Assembly (NCBI GenBank): GCA_013239625.1 | Contig: MU054338.1 | Location: forward strand, 4,812,724-4,876,723 | Direction of reading: 5' to 3' | DNA length: 64,000 bases | Source: Lama guanicoe | Lineage: Eukaryota | Shown: positions 1 through 14,042 of the stretch, in pieces | Position numbering within the stretch: the stretch's first letter is position 1 | Layout: each line of letters begins with the position of its first letter | Notes under the pieces: model-generated | What the model was told of the DNA's origin: nothing | Seen by the model: the letters and a program-made list of their open reading frames with translations, nothing else | Database searches by the model: none | Translations under genes and position numbers: made by a program

Positions 1-225
1 AGGCACAGAAGCTATGGCCACACAGCTGGCATGTAGACAACAGTAGGACTAGATTTTGAACTCAGGCATCCTGAACCACCATAAGGCTGGTCCTTTACCC
101 TCCCCCTTCCCACTCTACTCATTCATCTGAAAAATGATTTAGGCTTCCTATATGTCATGCATTGAGTCCAATCCTTTGCATGTATTAACAGAGGTATTCA
201 AACATCCATATGTGGTAGATATTAT

Positions 226-720
226 TTTTTGTGTGTATATTTTTTATTGAAGAATAGTCAGTTTACAGTGTTGTGTCAGTTTCTGGTGTACAGCATAATG
301 CTTCTGTCATACATGAACATACATATATTCTTTTTCAGACAATTTTTCACCATAAATTACTACAAGATATTGAATATATTTCCCTGTGCTATACAGAATG
401 AACTTGTTATTTATCTTTTATGTATACTAGTTAGTATTGGCAAATCTTGAGCTCCCAAAGTATCCCTTCCCACCTCCTTCCCCCCACCTGGTAACCATAA
501 GTTTGTTTTCTATATCTGTGAGTCTGTTTCTTTTTGGTAAATAAATTTGTTTGTTTGTTTGTTTGTTTTAGATTCCACATATAAGTAATATCATATATTT
601 TTCTTTCTCTTTCTGGCTTACTTCACTTAGAATGATGATCTCCAGGTCCATCCATGTTGCTGCAAATGGCATTATTTTATTCTTTTTTATGGCTGAGTAG
701 TATTCCATTGTATAAATATG
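226..720 (-). mobile_element. 5'-truncated young L1 (3' end) inserted into a MIR
   Basis: L1 3'UTR/ORF2-end sequence (tccaggtccatccatgttgctgcaaatggcatt) also found at 36400-36870 and 52477-53208; flanked by TSD TGTGGT(A/G)GATATTAT at 211-225 and 721-735. Confidence 0.85.
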
Positions 721-1214
721 TGTGGTGGATATTATTCCCATTCTACAGATGAGTAAACTGAGTCATGCACTCTTCTACAGAGGCTCTCACCTTCTCACTC
801 CCCAGCTGGAAACCTTCCATGATGCTCCACTGCCCTCAGGCTGAAAATCTGAGTTCGCCTGAGCACCACATTCAAGGCTCCTGTCTAGCTCAGTATCTTA
901 TTTTCACTTCCCAGTGCAGCACATGCCTTTGCCTCCGGCCATTCCCAACTTTTTGAGGAGGTGAATGGAAAAACCTTTTTCCAGCCTCATAGTCTTTGCA
1001 CGGGCTGTGTCTTCTGCTTACAAAGCTCTCTCCTTCAGCCCCATGAACCATGCTCTTGCAACGCCCAAGGCTCACCTCTGCCCCAGGTATTTTTCTCTGT
1101 CAGTTCTTTTGTTAATATATCCATTGGGATTGTAAGCTGAGAGCAGAGACGTGTGTTAGTGAGATGCTAACAGCTGCAAGTGTTAGAAACTCCAACTGGA
1201 AGTGGCTTAAATCT

Positions 1215-1600
1215 TAAGGGACAAATACTGTATGATCTCACTTCTATGTGGAATCTAAAAAAGCTGTACTCGGAAAAACAGAGAGGAGAGTGGCGGTTAC
1301 CAGTGGTGGGGGTGGGGGTGGGAGCTGAGGAGATGTTGTTTAAGGGTTCAAACTTGCAACTAATTTGTAGTGGATAAATACACCTAGAGATCTAATGCAC
1401 AGCATAGTGATGATAGTCAGCGATACTGTATTATAAACTTCAGAGTTACTGAGGGTTGCTTCCTTAATTATTCCCACCACAAAGAAGAAAAAAAGGGAAA
1501 TGATAATTATGTAATGTGACAAAGGTGTTAGCTTAACGCCGCGGTGGTAATCATACTGCAGTATACAAATACACCCAATCAACACCTTAAACCTAGAAAA
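1215..1600 (+). mobile_element. older L1 3' end fragment
   Basis: ggacaaatactgtatgatctcacttctatgtggaatctaaaa and other L1 3'UTR motifs. Confidence 0.7.
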
Positions 1601-3499
1601 CTGCCTTTCATTTTAAAAGATCACTTAAGGGAACATAGTATCTCATAGAACAAGGAGGTTTGATGTGGGGTGGCTCCAGCATTCCCAAATTCAGCAGAAT
1701 CAGAATCCAAATTGTTTCCATTGCTTCACCCTTTCGTCAGCAGCGTGTTAAGTGAATGAAGATGCTGAGTTCAGTCTGAGGACACGTTGAGTGTCAGGAG
1801 CACCCTCCTCCGCGGTTGTGACAGTCAACAGTGTCTCCAGACTCAGCCAGATGTCCCCTGGAAGGCAAAATGAGCTCCAGGTAAGAACCACTGCGTTAGG
1901 ATAACGCCAGCTGCTATAGCAAGTACAGCCCAATGTTTTAGTCCCTTCCTGCTCATTTAGGACTGTCTCTTTCCAGACCTCAGTTTCTACTTCTGTAAAA
2001 TGGGAGCTCTGGGTTGACGGCTGATGATTCAAGGATGTAGCCCCCTCCTGTCTTGTGCCTCTGACATCCCTTGGCTCCCTGGCACGTGTTTGCAGCAGCA
2101 TCCCTTGAAAGAGAGGGTGGGAAAGGGAGCAATCCAACTGTCCATCAGCAGAGAATTAGGTAAATAAACACTAAAGAACATTCACAGCGTAGAACAGGGG
2201 CTGGTTTTCCTACACAAGGTTTTATTGGCACGCAGTGATGCTCATCCGTCTCTGCATGGTCTGTGACCACTTTGCACTACAATAGCAGAGTTTTAATTGC
2301 AACAGAGACCGTCAATCTGATCCATAATGCCTTCATATTTACTCTCTGCCTCTTAAAGAAAAAAGTTTGCCGAGTCCTTCTGTGGGATATTATACCATCC
2401 TCAGAAGTGGCGGGTTGTCTTTCCGGCCCCCTCCAGGTAACGACATGGAAAGATGAAAACAATCTATTATTACGGGGGTTTTATTACACAAATTATGTAT
2501 AGGACAATTCCATTTTGGCAAAATGTTATGGGTATTATTTATTTGCTTGAGTCTAGATAATTACCTTAATTATGGTGATGGTTTTATGGTTGTGCAAATA
2601 TGTACGTCAGAACGCATCAAAAATTTGACTTTAAATATGTGCTGTTTATCGTACGTCCGTTATGCCTTAACAAAGCCACTAAAAACAAAAACAATGGCTA
2701 TGCATTTAGTCCGAAGGGGCTCTGCTACGCACACAGCTGCCAAAGAGGATCATTTCCATCCATCTGGATCCTTCATCTCCCACCTGTACCACGAAGCGCC
2801 TCCTCCCTGAACACCCAGCTCCCGCTCCTGCCCCCTAGAGGCCATTCTTAACACTGCAGCCATGGGACTTTCGCACCTGGGGTCCCTCCCAGGGCTCCGG
2901 AGGGCTGGCAAGGCCCCTCCTGGCTCCCCCTGCTGACCTCCTACCACCTGCCTCTGGCTCCCCATGTTCCAGCCATAGGAGGTCTTCCAGCATCACTGTG
3001 TCCCCGGTAGGTGGAAGGAGTCTTGGCACACAACAGGCATCCTGGGAATTTATTGTTTCCTGCATAAATATTTATGGAGCTCCCACTTCGCACCAGTTCC
3101 TCAAGTTGGCAGTAGAAAACTTTGGTCTCTGCCTTCACGGAGTTTACAGCTGGATCAAACAATCACACAAATAACTATACGAACATATATGATATATTAT
3201 TAAATATTTTATTTATTCAATTATGTCATAAATATATTGATTATATTACATTATGAAAATAATAAATATATTATTACAAATGCCATTCATTTGTCCGCTT
3301 AACCGCACTGTGCCAGTGATCCGTTCTAGAACACACCTGGCCTTTCATCCCTCTGTGGCTGGTGTCTCAGCTGGAAAGAACCTCTCTCCATCTAGAAAAC
3401 TCCTAGCTATCCGTCAAAGCCCAGCTTAAAGTTTCCGTCCCCTGACTCTCCTCTCTCCTACACTTCATGAAATTAACACCTCCCTCCACTGCGCTACTG

Positions 3500-6400
3500 T
3501 GAAAATAAACGAACTGCTGAAGCATTTAATTCAAGAAGTCAGAAAGGGAGAAATAAAGCAAGCTGAGGAAGGAATTTATAACGAGTAACAAACTGGATCT
3601 CCACCAATGAGAGCACATAAAAATATTAGAATAAAGAAAGGAATTCAGGGACCGAAGAGTCATATCTCTAGCCAGTTTATTCAAGAAATAAAGAAATCAA
3701 GCACAGTTACCTAAAATGAGATATGAAGGGATTTTTTAAATTAAAAAATATGACATACAACTCTAGGCTGAAAAATTCGAAGAATTTCTCATTAATGTGA
3801 ATGAAATCATAAAAATTTTTAGGGATATAAAAAATGAAAGTGAAATTGAGCTTTCTACAAATATATGCATTACCAACATTAACTCAAGAAGGAATAAAAC
3901 ATCTGACTGAATAAATAAATCATGATGGGAAAAAACTAAAGATGTTATCAAAAAATAACCCCTCCCCAAGGGTCAGTCTCAAACGGTTATGCCATTTAAC
4001 CTTTGAAAGTTCAAGCTTCAAAAGTTCAAGAAATAGGTAAAGATTTCTAAGCTAGACAGAAAATTTGCTAATCATTCCGTAAACAGCCCGACCCTGATAC
4101 AAAACCTGACAACCTAGAAAAAAATGTTTGAAGACTAAACACACCCCCAAAAAAGAGCAAAAGTACTAAATAAAACCCAGGTTCACAGACTCTTTTTCTT
4201 CCCCCACACTCTTATCCATAATTCTGAAAAACCAAAACGCTCGGCAAAGTGAATGTTTTGGCTAAGTTTGGCATCAAAACTAAGTTGGTAACCAACATGA
4301 CCCAAAGGGATGAGAGCCTCTTTATGTTGATGACACAAAATGTGAGTATTCCTACATTTTATTTTTTTGCTGCTGAAATATTAATGTGCTTGATTACAAG
4401 GTCTCCTGCGTAACCCACTAGGGACGTTATGTGACAGACAGTATGATAGTATATGCACTCTGTTGTACATGTGTGTGTTAAAATAATAATTTGCCATGAC
4501 TGTCGAGATTTATGCTGGGAATGCAAGTATGAGTCAATGTTGGCTGCTGAGTCACAAGAAGCGACAGGGTGCATTTCCTCCCGTCTCCTCACTCGGCGAT
4601 ATCACGTTGGTAGCTTGAAGTCATCCGTGGGAAGAGTATTTACACCACAGAAATTGTTAATTTTTGTCACTGAACACTGAAAAGTCTTGTAAAGGAAACT
4701 CACCCTCAGTAACTAAGAGAAAAAACAGTAGATGCTCACCGCCAGAGTAGTCAGAAAGTTATTTGATAAAATCTCGATCCATTCCTGATAGAAAACTTTA
4801 TTAAGTTAGTAATGCAAGAACATTTTTGTTGTCCGGGGGGAACGTGACAGCACACGGCTAAACACAGAGGCTCAGAAGTTCTGTTCCCTTTTTTTAATCT
4901 GGATTCTTCCACTGGCTCGTTTTCCTTGAGTTCTCTGAACCTTCATTTCCTCCTATGAAAATAGGAATAGTAATAGTACCTACCTCTCAGGGCTGTTTGA
5001 AAGAATTAAATTAAACAGTTCTATAAAACACTTAGAAAAGTGACTGGCAGATAGTGAGAACCTCGCAAATGGTAGTTATTGCTGCTAATTGATAAATATG
5101 AAACCATATATAATACTTTCGTGATAGTTGTTTTACCTCAACCAGTCTATTTTGTTTAACAGAGAAACATAAGCTTACTTGTTACAATTAAGGAAAGGAT
5201 ATGTCCCCCTTATTAGTTGACATTTGGATATTCTAACCATCACAATGAAACAAGAAAAATTAAATATCAAGAGGAAAGGAAGGGAGGAGGGTATAGCTCA
5301 GTGGCAGAGAGCATGCTTAGCATGCATGAGGTCATAGGTTTGATCCCCAGGACTTCTGTTAAATAAAAAATAATAATAAATAGTAATAATAATAAATAAG
5401 TAAACCTAATTGTCCCCCCCCAAAAAAGAGGAAAGGAGATCAAATAATCTGTATTTACAGGTAATAATCTTGTTTGCCCTAGAAAATCCAGCTGAAAAAC
5501 TATTCAAGTTAACAGGAAGTCAGGAAGGCAACAGAGGACAACAAAATACACAAATACTAATCAGTTTCTTACAGACTAGCGATCACCAAAAAAATATTCT
5601 TGGGAAATGACTCATTTTAAAATAGCAACCCAAAATATGTGCAAGCTAGGAATAAATTTGATCATAGCTTATAGAGTTAATGTGAATGAAATCATGAAAA
5701 TTTAAAGGGATATAAAAAACTAAACAAATAAATATTCCTGAATGAGAAGAATATTATGAAGATGTTGCTACAGCACAGATAACCAAAAAAGACAAATTTA
5801 TAGAAAAGAACAGAAAAAATCCTTAAATAGACCCAAATATAGATAATTATTTGCATTTATAAACGAGGAACTTCAAATCAGAATGCAAACGGCTACTTAT
5901 TCAATAAAATGGATCTGGGACAACTGACTAAACATTTGGAAAAAAAAGCTACATTTGACCTTCATTTCAACCCTCCCAACCAAATAAATTCCAGATGGAT
6001 AGAGAAGTTAAATGCAAAAAAAAAAAAAAAAATTGCACTCACACACCACAAGAAGAAAATACAAAATGAATATTTGCCAAAGGTGTAAATAATAAAAGAA
6101 AAGACTGAGAAATTTGACTAGATAAAAATTTTAAAGTTCTGGGGGGGGGCCAAAACTATTTTCAAAAAGTTAAAAGACAAAGGGAAAACTCGAAAAGGCT
6201 AAAGGAAGCTTTATATGTGAGAAATCTTAGGAATTAATAAAGGAAAGACAAAAGACAAATGACCAAAAGACATATAAAGAATGCTCAAATATGCAGATAC
6301 TGACTACTACATATGAAACAGATAAGCCACAAGTTTCTACTACAGAGCACAGGGAATTCTATTCAATATCTTGTAGTAACCTAGAATGAAAAAGAATGTG

Positions 6401-7500
6401 AAAACAAACATACGTATGTGTATGTATGACTGAAATATGATGCTGTACCTCGGAAATTGACACATGGTAGACTGACTATGTTTCAATTAAAAAAAAAAAG
6501 AAAGAATACACAACTTCATTAGGCATCAAAATTTTACAAATTAAATTTCTTTTCCTATTATTTTTCATTATAGGCTATTACAAGGTACTGACTATAGTTC
6601 CCGGTGTTCTTCAGAAAAACCTTGTATGTATAACTCAATCACTATGCTGTACACCAGAAATTAACACAGCATCGCAAACTGACTATACTTCAATTTTCAA
6701 AAATAATAAATCAAAAAAATGTTTAAACAAAAAAATTTTACAAATTAAAATGAGATGCAGTATTTGTCTATCAGTTTGGGAAAGCATGTTAATACCCAGT
6801 GCCCTGAGAATATCGGAAAACAAGGAAATTTGTACATAGCATGTAAGAGAATAAATTGGGTCTATCTTTTCTGAGATCGGTTTTATTTTAGGTATAAAAT
6901 ATACACACCATTCTACCCTGAAGTCTTCCAAAGATTCATCTCTGTGACCCAAGAATAGCTATTCACTCAAAAGAAATGAAAACTATGTTCACCAAAAAAA
7001 AAAAAAAACCCATTGGGTGTGACTGTGTATAGTGGCTTTATTTATAACTGCCAGAAACTGGAGACTACCCAAATGTCCTTCCACAGGTGAGTGAATAAAC
7101 TGCGGCTTAAGCCAAATCCTAAAATGCTTCTCAACAGCAGAAAGGAACAAATGACGGACACACACAGCTACAGAATCTCAAATGCTTTTTGCCGAGTGAA
7201 AGATGCCAGGTTCAAAAAACTAAATCGTGCGTACCTCCATTTATACGACATTCTGGAAAAAGCAAGGCTATAGTAACAGTAACAGACATCAGAACAGTGG
7301 TTTCCAGGGATGTGGGTGGAGGAAATAAGTTGACTGTGAAAGAGCCTGCAGGAATCTGGGCAGACGATGGAATATTCCATATCTTGATTATGACAGTGGT
7401 TATATACGGCTTGTATTTGTCAAAACCAAAAACAAAAATTACAGACGAAACTGGGAGAATCTTACTGTGTGTGCATCATACCCCAATCAACCTAGAAGTT
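3500..7500 (+). mobile_element. ancient degraded L1 (ORF2/3'UTR) interrupted by MIR, DNA-transposon pieces, a SINE and younger L1 fragments
   Basis: A-rich strand bias with recognisable L1 ORF2 relics (atttgataaaat..ccattcctgat, aatggatctgggacaactg, aataaattccagatggat); boundaries approximate. Confidence 0.65.
5281..5425 (+). mobile_element. camelid tRNA-derived SINE (Vic-1-like)
   Basis: gggtatagctcagtgg A-box, ggtttgatcccc B-box, A-rich tail, TSD AAGAGGAAAGGA on both sides. Confidence 0.85.
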
Positions 7501-8398
7501 TTTAAAGAATCATCCATCTTAAGGAAGAGTGCATGCAGAGAACTTTACATACAGGCAGTAACCACAGCATAGCACATAAGAATACATCATTCAGTACAAC
7601 CTAATTGTATAATATCTGAGACCCGACACTGTAAACCATGGAATATATTCCATATGGGATCCTGGCTTGAACCCTGGAACAGAAGAAGGACATTCGTGGA
7701 AAAACTGATGAAATTCAAAGAAAGTTTATGGTTTAGTTAATAGTTACGTACCATGATGCTAATTTCTTTGTTTTGATCGCAGTTCCATGGTTGTATAAGG
7801 CAGTAACTTTAAGCTTTAACCACTTCTGTAAATCTAAAAATTATTTACCAAATGTATTTTTAAAGACCGTTTAAACATTTATTTCTTTTCTTAAATTTAA
7901 TTTATTGGGTCATTTATTGCTGGTAGAATTATTTTTTTCTTTTTTCTCATTGAAGTCTAGTCAGTTTACAATGTTGTGTCAATTTCTGGTGTTTCAGTCA
8001 TATGTGTACATACAAATATTCTTTTTCATACTCTTTTTCATTCTAGGTCACTACAAGATATTGAATACAGCGCCCTGTGCTAGACAGTAGAAACTTGCTG
8101 TTAAACATTTGTTCTATAGACATTGATAAGAACTCTGGCTACGTGTACCAAAATGTTAACGTAAAATCACAGCCAGCTTTTTTGTTATTCCCTTTATCCG
8201 CTCTTGCATTTTTTTCACAATGTAAGTACACATAACATGTGTAAATTTTTTTAACGGTATTAAAATTAAAAAAACAAGAAGTCAGTATGATTTTGCATGA
8301 AGCTTGGTCTCTAAGCTTACCTTGTGAGTTTACTAATAATAAAGCACCTACTGTGCGTCAGATAGAGACAATTTTAGGACAGATAATGTCTTAATTTC

Positions 8399-8409
8399 AC
8401 ACAGACACA

Positions 8410-8449
<40 letters not shown>
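8399..8449. repeat. (CA)n microsatellite
   Basis: direct reading. Confidence 0.95.
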
Positions 8450-8452
<3 letters not shown>

Positions 8453-8589
8453 CCCAAAGTGACAGGCTGTGTGTTTTCATTCCCAGTCATCAGTGTCATG
8501 AGACAAGACCATCCAAGCCCAGGCTCCAAGAATTGCATTGGTGAGTTGTGACTACACAGTAATTTCCTCAAAAAACAAGTGGGCACATG

Positions 8590-9100
8590 TTTTCAGTATT
8601 ACTGCACACTTAGCAGTTCAAAACAACCCTCATTTACTGGCTCGCGGGTTCCGTAGGTCAGCAGTCCAGACAGAGCTCAGCTGGGTGCTCTGCGAGACTT
8701 CAGTCAAGCTGCCGGCTAGGGTGGGGTTCTCCTCTGCAGCGTTCAGTTCCTTGCAGGCATCGGGATAAGTGCCTGTTCTTGCTGGCTGTTGGCCAGGGGA
8801 CACCCTCAGTCCCACACCCTGTGGCCCTAGGGTGGCTCACAGCTTGGCAGCTGGCTTCTTCAAAGCCATCAAGGTTGAGAGAGAGAGGAAGGGAGGGAAG
8901 GAGGGAGGGAGAGATCCCTACCGTTTTAACATCACAGAATCCTGAGCCCATAGTCTCAAGCATCCCGTCACCTCTGCCATGTTCTGTTGGTTAGAAGCAA
9001 GTCATAGACCGAGCTCCCACTCAAAAGAGCGGCTTCCACGAGGATGTGAATCCCAGAAGGGAGCCACTTCTGGAGGGGAGGGTGGCATCCTAGAGTCTGC
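8590..9100 (-). mobile_element. MLT1-type (ERVL-MaLR) LTR
   Basis: cacttagcagttcaaaacaac...ctggcttcttcaaagc...gttagaagcaagtca motifs typical of MLT1; boundaries approximate. Confidence 0.6.
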
Positions 9101-9289
9101 TTGCCTCTCTAAATCAAATCACTGCTTCAACCCCGTTTTAGCAAAGAATCTCAAACACAGCAGCCAAGAGATCCCATCGGGGATGAAGGCTGGGAACACT
9201 AGGCTGGAAACATCAGAACGTTAGGAGCTGCCCGGGATCACACAGCGCATCAGTGTAGCCAAGCCTGATGGACACATACGTATGACTGT

Positions 9290-9936
9290 GACACCAGTCT
9301 CCAAGTGGGGGGTTTTCTCCCCAAGCAATTCTCAGACAGCAGCTGGGTGTCCGGCAATTCGACTCAGTTCTGACGCTGTCTGTGGAGATGGCAGTCAGAT
9401 CCCACAGGTTAAGAGCTCAGCCCCACAAAACTGTCCCTCCCTCAACTTCAGGTGCCAATTGTAAATCCAGGTTGTCACCTGTCCTTCTGGCCAAACTGCT
9501 TATAGATCAGAAGTTCCCAGGCACCCCTCCTGGGGTTTGATAAATTTGCTAGAGCTGCTCACAGAGCTCAGAGAAACATTTTACTTACCAGATTACTGGT
9601 TTATTATAAAAGGAAATAACTCAGGAATAGCCAGATGGAAGAGATGCACCCGCCAAGGTGTCCGGTGATTGATTCAACCTCCAGCCTCTGTCTCCTCCCC
9701 CGAGGTCAGGGGGTGAGATTGAGAGTTCCAACCTTCTAATCACACGGTTGTTTCCCCTGGGGACCAGCCCCCATCCTTAGTCGACCTAGGGGCTTTCCAA
9801 GGTCACCTCATTAACATAACAAAAGACACCTTTATGCTCTCATCACAGGAAATTCCAAGCATTTTAGGAGCTCTGCACCAGAAATGGAACAAAGACCAAA
9901 TATATATTTTTTCTTACAAATCACAAAATTGTAATA
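9290..9936 (-). mobile_element. MER21-like LTR
   Basis: cagatcccacaggttaagagctcag, tttgataaatttgctagag, gaccaaatatatattt...tcaca match the recalled MER21 consensus. Confidence 0.7.
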
Positions 9937-10279
9937 TGCTACACCAAGCTGTGGCCTCCTCCTCCAGGAAGCCTCCCCTGATGCCCAGCATCTCTCCCAC
10001 CTGTAATGGGAAGAAGTGCCAAGTGGCATTTTCTGAGCTGAGCTCAGACCCTCTTCAGAGATGCTAAAAGCCCTTTCGTCTCTCCATTTCCCCTGCCACT
10101 ACTCTGTCCACACAGTGACCCTGTTGGGACCCTCAGTCAGAATCATCTTCCTAAACTCACCCCAACCTCCCAGGCCTGGGGGTTCTGATTTGGCCTCCAG
10201 CCCTGGCCCAACTGATTCGGTCACCCTCACAGATATGGGTAGGTGGCCTCTGCATTCTGTTTTGTCATGTTTTTTAATT

Positions 10280-11500
10280 CTGGTAAAATCCACATAGCAC
10301 ACAAATCACCATTTCAGTCATTGTTAAGTGTACAGTTCCATGGTATTAAGAACGCTTTCAATGTCGTACAACCTTCCCCACCATCTGCCTCCAGAACTTT
10401 TTCATCTTCCCAAACTGAACCTCTGTCCCCATGAAACACTGGCTCCCCCTCTCCCTCCCCAGCCCCTGGCCCCACCACCCTACTTTCTGTCTCTATGAAT
10501 TTGGCTCCTCTCGGGACCTCGTATAAGTGAGATCACACAGTATTTTGGGGTTTTGTGACTGGCTTATTTCACTGACCATCGTGTCCTCAAGGTCCATCCA
10601 TGTTACAGCCAGTGTCAGAATCTCCTTCCTTTTTAAGCCTGGACAACACCCCACGGTATGTAGAGGCCACGTTTGTTTACCCAGACGGCCCTCAGTGGGC
10701 ATCTGGGTCGCTCCCGCTTCGGGCTGTGATGCCCGTGTGCACCTGTACATCTTTCATCTAACGCAGCACTGCTGTCCGGACTCACCGCATTGTGCCTTAG
10801 TTCCCTAGGGTTTTCCTTACTGCTGCTGCAAGTCTGTGCCCTTTAATATCTGTCCTCTCCCTCTATCCCCCATCCCCTGGAAGCCAGCGTTTCGCACTCT
10901 GTTTTTACAAGCGGTATCATACAGTACCTGCCTTTCTCTGATTTATCTCAGTATAATATGCTCAAGGTCCATCCATGTCGCAGTAAATGACAAGGTGTCC
11001 TTCTTTCTCATGGGTGAATAATATGCTTTTATGCCGTATCGTTTTTATCCATTCGTCCATCGACAGGCACCTAGGTTGTTTCCGTATCTCGGCCATTGTG
11101 AGCAGCGCAGCAGTCAACATGGGCATGTAGGTATCTCTCTTATATTCTGTCTTCATTTCCTTTGGGTGGTTACTCAGAAGTGGAATGACTGGGCCATATG
11201 GTATTTCTATTTCTAGTTTTGAGGGGAGCCACCCTACTGTTTTCCACAGCGGCGGGACCGGTTGACGTTCCCGCCTGCAGTGCCTGGGGCTCCCTTCTCC
11301 CCACATCCTCGCCAACACTTGTTACCACTTGTTGTTTTGGTAACAGCCATTCTGACAGCTGTGAGGTGCTATCTCGTTGTGGTTTTGATTGGCATTTCCT
11401 GATGACTAGCCACGTTCAGCACCTTTTCCTGGACTTGTTGACCCTTTGGGTATTTCTTTGGAGAAATGTCTATTTAACTTCTCTACACATTTTTTAAACT
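10280..11500 (-). mobile_element. L1 3' end / ORF2 C-terminal fragments
   Basis: minus-strand ORFs 10493-10750 and 10962-11318 translate to L1 ORF2 C-terminal-like peptide (PLWKTV...EIPY...KQPRC..DEWIK). Confidence 0.8.
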
Positions 11501-12988
11501 AGATTGTCATATTGTTTTGATTTTCTTTTTAACAAATCTCAGTTGACAAGGGAAAGTAGCGCATTGGAAAGGAGCCAAGCAGAGAGGGTTCGAGCCACCT
11601 ACAGACTGTATGGTTGGGGGAAAGATACCTACCTTCTCTGAGCCTCGACCACCTCACCTGGAAAATGGAAACACCTCCCGGGGAGGGAATGGAGATTCAG
11701 CGAGGCTGGCACGTGGCACGTGCTCGGCATGGACTCGGTGGCAGCGTGATTACTGTCACCTTTGAACTTCAGCCTCTCTGGTGTGAACTTCCTGGTCTGT
11801 GCCTCTCCTTTGTAGTTAACACATGGCAAGTTCTCAACAAATTTCTGTTGAACGAATGAATCCTTGCATTAATGGAGCTGTATGCCCACGGGCTCTTCCA
11901 TCCTTCCTCCTGAGATTTCGTTGAGTGCTTGATCAAGATAATGAACAACTTTTGAGCCCACGTGTGCCAGACACTGTATTCTAAGCACTTCCCATGGGTT
12001 TACTCAGAATTAAGAAACATGATCATACCTATTTTATAGACCAGAAAAAGGAGAGATGGAGATGTTAAATTGCTTGCCCACGTGGATGGTAAGTAGTGGA
12101 GTTTGGGATTCAGTTGGAAATAGACTGGCCAAGACCCTGACCACACAAAGCTCCCATTCCAGCTGCAGAGAGAGAAAGAACAAGCCCGGTAACTGTGAAG
12201 AAATTCAGAGTCATGAATGTAATAAAGAAAATAGGGTCAAGTGATGTGACAGTGAGTGATGAGGCAGGTGATTCCACTTTGGAAAATGGGGAACACTTGA
12301 CCTAAGACCCAGAGACTGAGAAGGGACAGCCATGAAGATCTAGGAGGGAAGAGCGCCCTGGGGAGACGTTAATAGCAAATGCAAAGGCCCTGAGGCTGGA
12401 GAGAGGTCTGTCTGAAGGACAAAAGAGGCAGCTGGTGAGGCTGAAGGGTCAGAAGCAGGAGGAGAAGGGTCCGGTTTGTTGGGAAGAAAATGTAAAACAG
12501 CGTTTATAGCACCTCAGCCTTGGGCCTGGCACCCAGCCCATACTCCATAAATATAAAGATTGTTAGGACTGCATTCAGAGAGGTGGGAGCCACCTTTGCT
12601 GAGCTGGAGGCTGAATTTTGGGAAGTTCCCTGGCCTCGAGGCGTGGCTGAGGGAACAGTTGGCTGTGGGAACCTCTCCAGGGCCTGGCTCAGGAAGACCC
12701 TGCTGGGAAGGCCCTGACCAGTGGATACATCCTCTTTCCTCAGGTCCTCAGACACGGCCCTGCCTTCACCCACACCCACCTGCCGGGAACAGGGCTGGAG
12801 TCACCACCAGTTTCCCAGTTCCCCAGGAAGTCTCTGTCAGAAGTCTGTGACTTTTTTTCACACAATAGCCAAGCTCAGGAAAGGAACAACAAAGGAGCAG
12901 AGGGAAGAGGGGGAGGAGGAAGAGGAGGGGAGGAGGGGGAGGGGAAGAAGAAAAGAAAGGGAAAAAAGAAACTGTTCAAAACATCTTT

Positions 12989-13170
12989 TTTTTTTTAAGA
13001 ATTCTTTTTTTAAGAATTTTTTTAAACTTTTATTAATTTTTTGTGCATGGTGGGGGTGGTAATTAGGTTTTTATTTATTTATTTTACCTTCAGAGGAGAT
13101 GCTGGGGATTGAATCCAGGACCTCGTGCGTGCTAAGCACACACTCTACCACTTGAGCTATACCCTCCCTG
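12989..13170 (-). mobile_element. camelid tRNA-derived SINE (Vic-1-like)
   Basis: ggggattgaatccaggacctc...gagctataccctcc; TSD CAAAACATCTTT at 12977 and 13174. Confidence 0.85.
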
Positions 13171-13816
13171 CACCAAAACATCTTTATTCTGCATAACAGA
13201 ATCACTTTGCCATACACCTGAAACTAACGCTGTAGGTCAACTACACCTCCATAAAATTTTTTTAATCTTTATTCAAAATACTTGTAGGCACCGCTGCATT
13301 TAAGCACGCTGCAGTGACCGCCGAGAGTACAGGATTCTTAAGAAGCCAAAGCATTGACAGTTTAATGGACGCCTGTGCCAACCGGAGACTTAAGTTACTG
13401 AATGGTGGGGCACCACGAGCCCTAAGCCCCGGGTTATAAGGCTGAGCAGCTCTGCTCTGCTTGATCAGAAAACACGACTGCAATTCTCTGCTCGTCAGTC
13501 TGTCAGGAAGTGGAATCCTCTTCCCTAGACAGGGAATCTCGGCCAGCCGTGTGAACATATGACTTGATGTGTTGGTATCTTTGGAAATGTCCACTTTGGC
13601 CATCCTGGGGGTATGTTGCGGTGTCTCGTGGTGGCTCTAATTTGCATTTTCCCAATGACTAAGGAAGCTGGGCGTCTTTCGGGGGCTCACTGGCTCGTCA
13701 TCTATTCTTTTGTGCTGAAGCATCCGTCAAGGCTTCTGCACCTGAGATACCTTTTGTGTCTCCAAATTCAGCCCATGCTCTGGGATCCTGCCTGCTCCCC
13801 AAAACCCTTACTGGAG

Positions 13817-14042
13817 AGTTTCTTAGCCTCAGCACTTCTGACATCTGAGGCTGGCTCACTCTTTGCTGTGGCTGGGGAAGGTGTGTGGGGGGGTGCTGTC
13901 CTTGCCTTGTAAGATGTTTAGTGGCACCCGTGGCCTCTACTCACTAGCTGACAGGAGCATCCCTCTCTGCAGACGTGACTCTCAAAACCATCTCCTGTCA
14001 TGTCCCTGGGGGACAAAATCACCCCCCAGTTAAGAGCCACTG
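13817..14042. mobile_element. MER20 DNA transposon
   Basis: ggcctctactcactag...ggggacaaaatcacccccagttaagagccactg; related copies at 50372-50602 and 54808-55020. Confidence 0.75.

Noticed and set aside
1..14000. INSR exon 1 or promoter (expected upstream neighbour by human synteny)
   Set aside because: No INSR signal-peptide exon or matching CpG island is visible; it presumably lies left of the window
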